DNA from: Abditibacteriaceae bacterium
GTDB lineage: Bacteria; Armatimonadota; Abditibacteriia; Abditibacteriales; Abditibacteriaceae
DNA length: 16,659 bases
Assembly (NCBI GenBank): GCA_031425655.1
Contig: JANPJS010000299.1
Span: 1-16,659, forward strand
Direction of reading: 5' to 3'
The position numbers and the translations under genes are program-made. Positions within the stretch are counted from its first letter, which is position 1; each line of letters begins with the position of its first letter. Below the pieces are notes generated by a model, which searched no databases, was not told the DNA's origin, and saw only the letters and a list, made by a program, of their open reading frames with translations. Positions 10,428 through 16,659 of the stretch are shown here, in pieces.

Positions 10428-10885
10428 TTGACCACGTTAACATCGTCGTTGCCGACATCGAACGCGCCGCGCGTTTTTACGGCGAGGTGCTGGGATTATC
10501 GCGCGGCTTTGAAAAAGCGCTCGAAGGCGCGTGGATTGAGCGCGTGACCGGCGTCAAGGGCGCGCAGGCGCTGTGCGTCTTCATGGAAATGCCGCCAAGC
10601 GACGACCCGTTTGACCAGCCCACGCGCATCGAGCTTTTGCAATTCTTAGCGCCGGACGGCGGCGTGTGGAGTCAAAACAGCCGTCCCACCACTCAAGGCA
10701 TTCGGCATATCGCGTTTACAGTCGAAGATTTGGACGCGCTCATAGAAAAACTGCGCGCGTGGAACGTCAAAATCGTCAGCGAACCGGTCGAAGTGCCGTT
10801 CGCCGTCGGCAGTTTGGGCCGCAAGCGCTTGTTCTACTTTTACGACCCCGAAGGCAATTTGCTCGAAGCCGCCGCTTACGGCTGA
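10424..10885 (+). CDS. VOC (glyoxalase/bleomycin resistance/dioxygenase) family protein, 153 aa
   Basis: GTG start overlapping the Rpn stop (GTGA); IDHVNIVVADIERAARFY, IELLQF, GIRHIAFTVEDLD, FYDPEGNLLE give the H/E/H/E metal ligands. Confidence 0.9.
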   Translation: MIDHVNIVVADIERAARFYGEVLGLSRGFEKALEGAWIERVTGVKGAQALCVFMEMPPSDDPFDQPTRIELLQFLAPDGGVWSQNSRPTTQGIRHIAFTVEDLDALIEKLRAWNVKIVSEPVEVPFAVGSLGRKRLFYFYDPEGNLLEAAAYG

Positions 10886-10959
10886 TTCACCACAAAGACA
10901 CGAAGACACAAAGAATTTCAATTTTCTTTGTGTCTTCGTGTCTTTGTGGTGAATCAGCC
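10880..10959. repeat. Perfect 36-bp inverted repeat of 8-bp CAC(A/G)AAGA units; probable bidirectional terminator
   Basis: 10880-10915 is the exact reverse complement of 10924-10959, with an 8-nt loop; it lies between convergent genes and includes both stop codons. Confidence 0.92.
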
Positions 10960-11898
10960 CGTCGTAATCGGGCCGGTTTGCACGACTTCCAAGTCGCTGC
11001 CTTTGACGCGCTTGATGGCGCCTAAGGCTTCGTCGTTCCAACGCGAATCGGGCGCGCCGGAGATGAACCAATCGCTGCCGTTGTCGGCCAGAATCATTCC
11101 GTAGGTTTTCAGGCAGCGCAAAATCACCTGCGCCGGTTCGGGAAATTTCGAGATGTCGTAATCGGCCTTTAAGCGCACGCGCAGGCCCATCGGCGGCAGG
11201 TCGGCGTCTTTGCTTTTGCTGGCCCAGTGCGTAGCCGGCGCGATGTAGCCGCGCTGGGTTTTTCGCACCGTAAAACGCAGCGCGTGGCGAATCTCTTTTA
11301 GCTCCATGACTTCGTCGTAGCGCACCAAACCGGGGAAAATCGGCAGACCGGCGGCATCGGCGCTTGTCCAGCCCGCCGGACGCAATTTATTGCTTTTTAA
11401 ATCGAAAATCGCGCCCGAACCGGCACGCCACACGTTGCCGGCGGGATAAGCCGAAAACACTTCGTAGAGCTTTTCGTTGTCGCGGTCGAGCACCAAAATA
11501 TGACGGTCGCCATCGCTTTGCGGGCCGCCTTCGATGGGCGCGTTCAGCGGAATCGGATAAGGGCCGGGATCGCTTTCGTCCGGGTATTCAAAACTCAGCG
11601 CCATCTTGTCCTGCGTGCCCGCGACGACGATATAAGGAATCCCGCTCGGTGCTCCGTTGTAAACCGTGCCGAAATCCGGGTGCAGAGGCTTGCCCTTTCC
11701 GATGCTTTTGATAAAAGTCGCCGAATTGGCGTGAACCGGCAGCTTGTCCACGGGCGTGTTCCACGGATTGTCGTCGGGAAACGGACGATAGCCGCGCAAA
11801 CTCGCGTTGGCACCAAGATTGGGCACAGGCTTTTCTTTTTCGGCGGCGCCCAGCGCGGCGATGCCGAGTAACGCAACACCCAAAACCTTATACAACAT
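10954..11898 (-). CDS. Conserved hypothetical secreted protein (314 aa)
   Basis: GAGGAG SD before ATG 11898; signal-peptide-like N-terminus; motifs FPDDNPWN, GDRH, SADAAGLPIFPGLVRYDEV, HALRFT, YGMILADNG that I recognise from a widespread uncharacterised family. Confidence 0.85.
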   Translation of the reverse strand: MLYKVLGVALLGIAALGAAEKEKPVPNLGANASLRGYRPFPDDNPWNTPVDKLPVHANSATFIKSIGKGKPLHPDFGTVYNGAPSGIPYIVVAGTQDKMALSFEYPDESDPGPYPIPLNAPIEGGPQSDGDRHILVLDRDNEKLYEVFSAYPAGNVWRAGSGAIFDLKSNKLRPAGWTSADAAGLPIFPGLVRYDEVMELKEIRHALRFTVRKTQRGYIAPATHWASKSKDADLPPMGLRVRLKADYDISKFPEPAQVILRCLKTYGMILADNGSDWFISGAPDSRWNDEALGAIKRVKGSDLEVVQTGPITTG

Positions 11899-11917
11899 GA
11901 GAATCTCCTCGTTTTTT

Positions 11918-11985
11918 AACCGCCAAGACGCCAAGTTCGCCAAGAACCATTGATTTTTCTTGGCGAACTTGGCGTCTTGGCGGTT
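11918..11985. repeat. Perfect 29-bp inverted repeat of 8-9-bp CGCCAAG units
   Basis: AACCGCCAAGACGCCAAGTTCGCCAAGAA (11918-11946) and its exact reverse complement (11957-11985), with a 10-nt loop. Confidence 0.92.
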
Positions 11986-12011
11986 GCAATCAATTTTGTC
12001 GGAACCGGATT

Positions 12012-12599
12012 CTAACGGGACACGTTTTCCGTCACTTCGTCCGCCGATTTCATGGCGCCGCGATTGAAAAGCTGGCGCGGGCCGGAATCGCCCAACGCGG
12101 CGAATTCGGCTAAAGACGGCAATTCGTCTAACGAGCGCAGGCCGAAGTGATCGAGAAACTGCGAAGTCGTGGCTAAAAGCCACGGACGGCCCGGCGAATC
12201 TTTGCGGCCCGCGAGATGAATCAGTTTTTTATCGAGAAGCTGATGCACCGGGCCGGAGCAATCCACGCCGCGCAAGCCTTCGATTTCGCCGCGCGTGGCC
12301 GGTTGGCGATAAGCGACAATCGCCAAAACCTCGAAAGCGGCGCGTGATAACTTTTGCTTTTTCTCGTCGCGCAAACGCCGAATAAACGGCGCGAACGCCG
12401 GTTTAGTGACGATTTGCCAGCCCAACGCCACTTCCACCACTTGCAGCGAGCCGATGCGCGCTTTTTCTTCGCGCAACGCTTCAAGCTCTTCGCGGGCGCC
12501 GTCTTCGTCCAACTCGGCGATGTCCGCCAGCTTTTTGAGCGGCACCGGCTTGTCGGAGGCGAAAAGCAGGCTTTCGATAATATCGGCTTTGCTAAGCAT
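12012..12599 (-). CDS. scpB: SMC-Scp complex subunit ScpB
   Basis: IESLLFASDKPV, LSRAAFEVLAIVAYRQPATRGEIEGLRGVD, GRKDSPGRP, TTSQFLDHFGLRSLDELP; downstream of scpA. The ORF-track N-terminal extension is translated repeat. Confidence 0.95.
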   Translation of the reverse strand: MLSKADIIESLLFASDKPVPLKKLADIAELDEDGAREELEALREEKARIGSLQVVEVALGWQIVTKPAFAPFIRRLRDEKKQKLSRAAFEVLAIVAYRQPATRGEIEGLRGVDCSGPVHQLLDKKLIHLAGRKDSPGRPWLLATTSQFLDHFGLRSLDELPSLAEFAALGDSGPRQLFNRGAMKSADEVTENVSR

Positions 12600-12609
12600 T
12601 TTTAGGGTA

Positions 12610-12698
12610 TTGGGGACTGGGTGTTGGGGACTGGATGTTGGGGACTGGATGTTGGGGACTGGGCGCCCCATAACCCAGTCCCCAGAACCTAACACCTA
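12610..12698. repeat. Heptamer-based (14-bp period) TTGGGGACTGGRTG tandem repeat with an inverted arm (STRR-like)
   Basis: Four units at 12610, 12624, 12638 and 12652, then inverted CCCAGTCCCCA (12674-12684) and degenerate heptamers running into the scpA 3' end. Confidence 0.88.
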
Positions 12699-13510
12699 AT
12701 ATAAATTTCGTCGAACAATTCGCGCTGTTCGACTTTTACGCGGCCTCGGCGGATCAATTCGAGCACGGCTAAAAACGTGACGACGACTTCAAGACGCGAT
12801 TCGCAATCGTCGCAGGCGGCGCGAAAAGTGAGGCCGTCGGGCGAAGCCGCAACGCGCGCCGACAAATGGCGAATGCGCTCGCCAATGGTAAACGGTTCGC
12901 GCTGAATTAAGGCGGTCGGACGCTCTTGCAGTCGGTCAAGCACGCTTTGCAAAGCGCGTAGTAAATCGAAGGTCGAAACGTCGTCCAACATCAACGCGGC
13001 GGCGCGCTGGGCGTCTTCACCGTCATCGTCTAACAGCGCGGCCAAATCGGGGCGCGGCGGGCGCGCGAACATATCCGAACGCACGTCGCGCATATCTTTG
13101 AGCGTGTCCGCCGCGTCTTGAAATTTTTGGTATTCCAAAAGCCGATCTACTAATTCCTGGCGCGGGTCTTTGGCCTCTTGTTCCAGCGCGTCTTCGTTGG
13201 CCGATTGCATTTTGGGCAGCAGCATTCGCGCCTTGATTTGCATCAGCGAAGCCGCCGTCACCAGAAAATCGCCGGCGTATTCGAGATCAATTTCGTCCAT
13301 CAGCTTCAAATAAGCGATGAACTGATCGGTCGTTTGCTGAATCGGAATATCGAACACGTCGTAGCGATGCTCACGCACTAAATACAGCAGCAAATCGAGC
13401 GGCCCCTCGAAGACGTGCAAGCGCACTTTGTGGCCCGTAAACCTATCCGGGTCGCGCACCTGCGGCTGCGAAATGAGGCCAATTTCGTTGTCGGGAGGAG
13501 AATCCGTCAT
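12689..13510 (-). CDS. scpA: Segregation and condensation protein A (kleisin)
   Basis: FEGPLDLLLYLV, AGDFLVTAASLMQIKARMLLP, DPRQELVDRLLEY, VVTFLAVLELIR; ATG 13510 overlaps the Rpn stop (TGATG). Confidence 0.96.
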   Translation of the reverse strand: MTDSPPDNEIGLISQPQVRDPDRFTGHKVRLHVFEGPLDLLLYLVREHRYDVFDIPIQQTTDQFIAYLKLMDEIDLEYAGDFLVTAASLMQIKARMLLPKMQSANEDALEQEAKDPRQELVDRLLEYQKFQDAADTLKDMRDVRSDMFARPPRPDLAALLDDDGEDAQRAAALMLDDVSTFDLLRALQSVLDRLQERPTALIQREPFTIGERIRHLSARVAASPDGLTFRAACDDCESRLEVVVTFLAVLELIRRGRVKVEQRELFDEIYIRC

Positions 13511-13797
13511 CACGAATGCTGTTTGAGCCAATTTTCTAAATCCGAGCGCGATTGAAAATCAAGCAGCGCCTCGGCCAATGCTTCCAACTTATCGGTTGAT
13601 AAAGCGCGCACTCGCTTTTCAAGTCGTGCGCTTAAAGGCCCAACGCGGCGAGGCAAAAGACGCAGCATTAAAGTGGCTTCGCCTTCCTGCCGGCCTTCCT
13701 GCCGACCTTCTTGCCGGCCTTCCTGCCGGCCTTCCTGCCGGCCTTCCACCAAGCCTTTTTCCCAGCCTTCTCTCATCCAGTTGCCTGTGATTTGCAT
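13510..13797 (-). CDS. Predicted nested in-frame small protein (RpnS-type antitoxin), 95 aa
   Basis: CAGGAGAAAGTC-ATG in frame at codon 229 (MQITGNW...). Confidence 0.65.
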   Translation of the reverse strand: MQITGNWMREGWEKGLVEGRQEGRQEGRQEGRQEGRQEGEATLMLRLLPRRVGPLSARLEKRVRALSTDKLEALAEALLDFQSRSDLENWLKQHS

Positions 13798-14481
13798 GAC
13801 TTTCTCCTGTTGCGCCGGTTGTTCCTGAGCTAATTCGCGGGCGAACTGGCGCAACTCCTGGCGGTTTAGCTCTAAATAAGTATCCACAAAGCCGGAAATT
13901 AATTGCATCCTCGCCGGGTCGAGCTTGAGCGTAACCAACAATCGCAAGCATTCCAGTTTTACTTTCGCGCGCTCGCCGGGCGCAATGTTCATCTTCGCCA
14001 TGAGCGCGGACGCGACGGGGTTGGCGTGCTGGACGTAATCGCGCCATGACAATTGGTTGAGCTGAATAACGCGATAACGAAAGTCCAGCACCGCCAAATC
14101 GGGAAACGCCACGCGAAACTCCGCTGGCTCCGGCTTGCGCGGCTTATCGTAAGAAAAAATGACAACTGGATAAATCGGCAGATCGTGTTTCTCGTGCAGC
14201 CGCGCGAAATAACGGAACATACGCTTGTTAAAATCGGCCTGACGGCTCGCTTGATGCTCGACGTGAATCAAAAAGAACGATTCCTGTCCTCGCCAGCGCG
14301 CTTTGACCAGCAAATCGGCTTCGTAGCGAGCGCCGGTCGTCACGTCGGTGAAAACCTCTTTGTCTAAGAATTCCAGCGAATCGCGCTCTAAATCAGCGGC
14401 GACTGCGGGGAGAAAGAGCGCGCAAAACTCCATGAAAAACGTGGTCAGCAATTCCTTGAAAAGCCGGTCGTGATCAATCAT
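13510..14481 (-). CDS. Rpn/YhgA-like PD-(D/E)XK nuclease with DUF4351-like C-terminus (copy 2)
   Basis: Colinear paralog of 9471-10427 (MIDHDRLFKELLTT, EADLL...LIHVEHQ, HANPVASALMAKM, LECLRLLVTLKL). Confidence 0.9.
   Translation of the reverse strand: MIDHDRLFKELLTTFFMEFCALFLPAVAADLERDSLEFLDKEVFTDVTTGARYEADLLVKARWRGQESFFLIHVEHQASRQADFNKRMFRYFARLHEKHDLPIYPVVIFSYDKPRKPEPAEFRVAFPDLAVLDFRYRVIQLNQLSWRDYVQHANPVASALMAKMNIAPGERAKVKLECLRLLVTLKLDPARMQLISGFVDTYLELNRQELRQFARELAQEQPAQQEKVMQITGNWMREGWEKGLVEGRQEGRQEGRQEGRQEGRQEGEATLMLRLLPRRVGPLSARLEKRVRALSTDKLEALAEALLDFQSRSDLENWLKQHS
13681..13746 (-). repeat. 12-bp coding tandem repeat (5.5 units) encoding EGRQ
   Basis: GCCTTCCTGCCG x5 on the + strand (third unit has 2 substitutions) plus a partial unit. 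Confidence 0.92.
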
Positions 14482-14490
14482 TGGTTTTGC

Positions 14491-15195
14491 TCACCATCCG
14501 GCAGAGGGAACGCCCGCCGCCAAAAGCACGGCGGTGCGCGCTAAAATCACGAACGGCGCCAGCACATATTTCAGCGCCGGCAACAGCGCGAACAGCAACA
14601 AATACGCGCCCGGCCCCAGCGCGGCGTAAAACGCGCCCAACTTCGGCGAACCGATTTGCCGCAGCACGAAATAACCGTCCAACGGCGGCAGCGGAATCAG
14701 GTTAAACGCCGCCGTGTGAACATTAAGCAGCACGCCCGCCGTCAAAAGGCATAGCAGCACTTGCGGCAGCGACGCCATATCGGGCTGCAAGCGCAAAATC
14801 TGTTCGACAGCAGCGGAATCGAGCATCACGCCTTGCGCCTGCAATGCCACGCGCGCCGCCCAAAAGGCTAAAAGCCACAGCGCCGCCTGTGCCAAATTCG
14901 CTAATGGCCCGGCTAAGAAAATCCAGATCGCATCGCGTTGCGGCTCGCGCAGCTTTTCGCGGTCGAACGGCACGGGACGGCCCCAACCAACTAACGGCGC
15001 GCCGATAAAAGCCGCGCATAATAACAGCAAAAAGCCGAATAAATCAAGGTGCGCCGCCGGATCGAGCGTTAAGCGTCCGCGTTCGCGTGCCGAATCGTCG
15101 CCGCTGCGCGTAATCATCCAAGCGTGCGCGAATTCGTGCAGCGTGAACGACAACACGGCGGCGGGCAGCACCAAGAGCGGAGCGAAGAAATTCAT
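14491..15195 (-). CDS. Site-2 protease family (peptidase M50) membrane metalloprotease
   Basis: HEFAH zinc motif, GRLTLDP, AGPLANL, FNLIPLPPLDG; hydrophobic segments. Confidence 0.93.
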   Translation of the reverse strand: MNFFAPLLVLPAAVLSFTLHEFAHAWMITRSGDDSARERGRLTLDPAAHLDLFGFLLLLCAAFIGAPLVGWGRPVPFDREKLREPQRDAIWIFLAGPLANLAQAALWLLAFWAARVALQAQGVMLDSAAVEQILRLQPDMASLPQVLLCLLTAGVLLNVHTAAFNLIPLPPLDGYFVLRQIGSPKLGAFYAALGPGAYLLLFALLPALKYVLAPFVILARTAVLLAAGVPSAGW

Positions 15196-15273
15196 GCGAG
15201 TGACGAATTACGAATTACGAGTGACGAATTGGTTTCAAACTCGTAATTCGTCACTCGTAATTCGTCACTCGCA
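15195..15273. repeat. Palindromic array of (T/G)ACGA(A/G)T heptamers
   Basis: About five heptamers at 15195-15230 and an inverted set at 15238-15273; the outer 19 bp are a perfect inverted repeat (TGCGAGTGACGAATTACGA). Confidence 0.9.
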
Positions 15274-16579
15274 ACAGCCTTTCGGGAATTACGTCGTGCG
15301 AAATCAAATCTTCCAGCGTTTCGCGCTCGACGATGATGTCGCTTTGCCCTTCGTTCACCAAAACCACAGCAGGCCGGCGAAAACGGTTGTAATTGCTGGC
15401 CATCGCATAATTGTAGGCGCCGGTCGAAAAAACGGCTAAGACATCGCCGGATTCGACGGGAGCCAGTTCCACGTCCTCGAAAAGCACGTCGGTTTCGCAA
15501 TGCTTGCCCGCGATGGTGAAAGTTTCAAGTTCGCTCTGCGCCGCGCGACTGGCGTTGACGACGTGATATTTCGCTTCGTAAAGCGCCGGGCGCGGGTTAT
15601 CGCTGAGGCCTCCGTCTACGGAAATATAAGTCCGCACGTCGGGAATGCGTTTGATCGAGCCACTGCGGTAAAGCGTGGTGCCGGCTTCGCCGACAAGGGA
15701 GCGGCCCGGCTCGACCGAGAGTTTCGGCACCTCAAGACCAAGTCGCGCGCAGGCTTCTTTCACCGTGCCGACGACCGTCGCAGCGTATTCCTCGAACGAT
15801 GGCGGATTGTGTTCCGGCAAATAGCGAATGCCCAAGCCGCCACCCAAATCGAGTTCCTCGACAGTTACCTGCAAATCGCGCTTGATTTCCGCGAGAAAAT
15901 CGCACATCAGGCCCGCTGCAAGTTGGAAAAAGTCGGCATCAAGAATCTGGCTGCCGATATGGCTCGAAAGGCCGACCCAATCGAGATTCTTCTTGGTTAA
16001 AGCATCTTCCACGCCTTTGCGAGCGCCGCCGCCGTCAATGTTGAAGCCGAATTTGGTGTCAATGCGCCCGGTTTGAATCAGGCGATGCGTGTGCGCGTCC
16101 ACGGCGGGCGTCAGGCGCAGCAGAATCTTCTGGCGCACGCCGTTTTCGCCGCAAATCGCGTCCAGCAGGCCCAATTCGTAGTGATTGTCCACCACGATGC
16201 GCGCGATGCCGGCGCGCACCGCCATTTGCAATTCATCGCGCGACTTGTTGTTGCCGTGAAACACGATGCGTTCGGGTGGCATATCGGCGCGCAAAGCCGT
16301 GAAAAGTTCGCCCGCCGAGGCCACGTCAATCCATAAACCTTCCTGTGCCACGATGCGCGAAATTGCCAGACACGGAAACGCCTTGCTGGCGTAGATGATT
16401 TCGGTTTGCGGATGCAAATCGGTGAACGCTTTTTTCATGGCGCGCATGGCATAACGCAGATGCGCTTCGTCCATCACGAACAACGGCGTGCTGTATTCAG
16501 CGGCCAGTTCCACGGTGTCGCAACCGCCGATTTCCAAGTGGCCCGCTGCATTGATTTTTTGAGTTCCCAGCAAAAACAC
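15251..16579 (-). CDS. lysA: Diaminopimelate decarboxylase
   Basis: YASKAF PLP-lysine motif, DVASAGEL, HGNNKS, KFG, HIGSQ, LDLGGG, EPGRS, GKHCE, GAY; GTG start with AAGGA SD. Confidence 0.97.
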   Translation of the reverse strand: MFLLGTQKINAAGHLEIGGCDTVELAAEYSTPLFVMDEAHLRYAMRAMKKAFTDLHPQTEIIYASKAFPCLAISRIVAQEGLWIDVASAGELFTALRADMPPERIVFHGNNKSRDELQMAVRAGIARIVVDNHYELGLLDAICGENGVRQKILLRLTPAVDAHTHRLIQTGRIDTKFGFNIDGGGARKGVEDALTKKNLDWVGLSSHIGSQILDADFFQLAAGLMCDFLAEIKRDLQVTVEELDLGGGLGIRYLPEHNPPSFEEYAATVVGTVKEACARLGLEVPKLSVEPGRSLVGEAGTTLYRSGSIKRIPDVRTYISVDGGLSDNPRPALYEAKYHVVNASRAAQSELETFTIAGKHCETDVLFEDVELAPVESGDVLAVFSTGAYNYAMASNYNRFRRPAVVLVNEGQSDIIVERETLEDLISHDVIPERLLRVTNYE

Positions 16580-16659
16580 GGTCGAATCCTTATTTTTAAC
16601 AAGAGATTTAAGAAGCAGTCAGAAAAGTCCAGAAAACGTTTAAATCGAGCCAAAACAGA

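Noticed and set aside
11899..12183. N-terminal extension of the 10954 ORF
   Set aside because: Runs through the palindrome and scpB; the SD and signal peptide point to ATG 11898.
12610..12665. Possible CRISPR array (also considered for 15195-15273)
   Set aside because: Units are 7-14 bp and contiguous, with no unique spacers and no cas genes.
9471..14481. Composite transposon bounded by the two inverted Rpn genes
   Set aside because: The copies are clearly diverged, lack terminal inverted repeats, and the enclosed scpAB belongs to the operon continuing outside.
16605..16640. Weak AGTC(C)AGAAAA repetition upstream of lysA
   Set aside because: Only two degenerate units at the window edge; insufficient evidence.

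Overview
Bacterial contig end. A minus-strand 16S rRNA gene (3' end missing, replaced by a 110-nt fold-back copy of its own interior) has two tandem sigma70 promoters and a boxA; the 16S looks to me like Abditibacteriota (FBP)/Armatimonadota-related, which is a recollection and needs a search. Next come a secreted hypothetical protein, an aldo/keto reductase, a small charged protein and an MsbA/Sav1866-type ABC exporter. These are followed by a translationally coupled, defence-like unit: an MmeI/YeeA-like type IIL restriction-modification fusion with one in-frame TAG beside its nuclease motif, an Rpn-family nuclease, and a VOC protein. Converging on it is a minus-strand operon lysA - M50 protease - second Rpn - scpA - scpB - secreted protein. 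The most notable signals are: (i) both Rpn genes have an internal SD plus start at the same codon (229), predicting nested RpnS-type antitoxins; (ii) six different-sequence palindromic or short-period repeat elements sit at gene junctions, supply stop codons to four genes, and in one case lie in-frame inside the methyltransferase; (iii) the R-M gene is amber-interrupted and has a compositionally foreign specificity region; (iv) there is microhomology at the Rpn boundaries.
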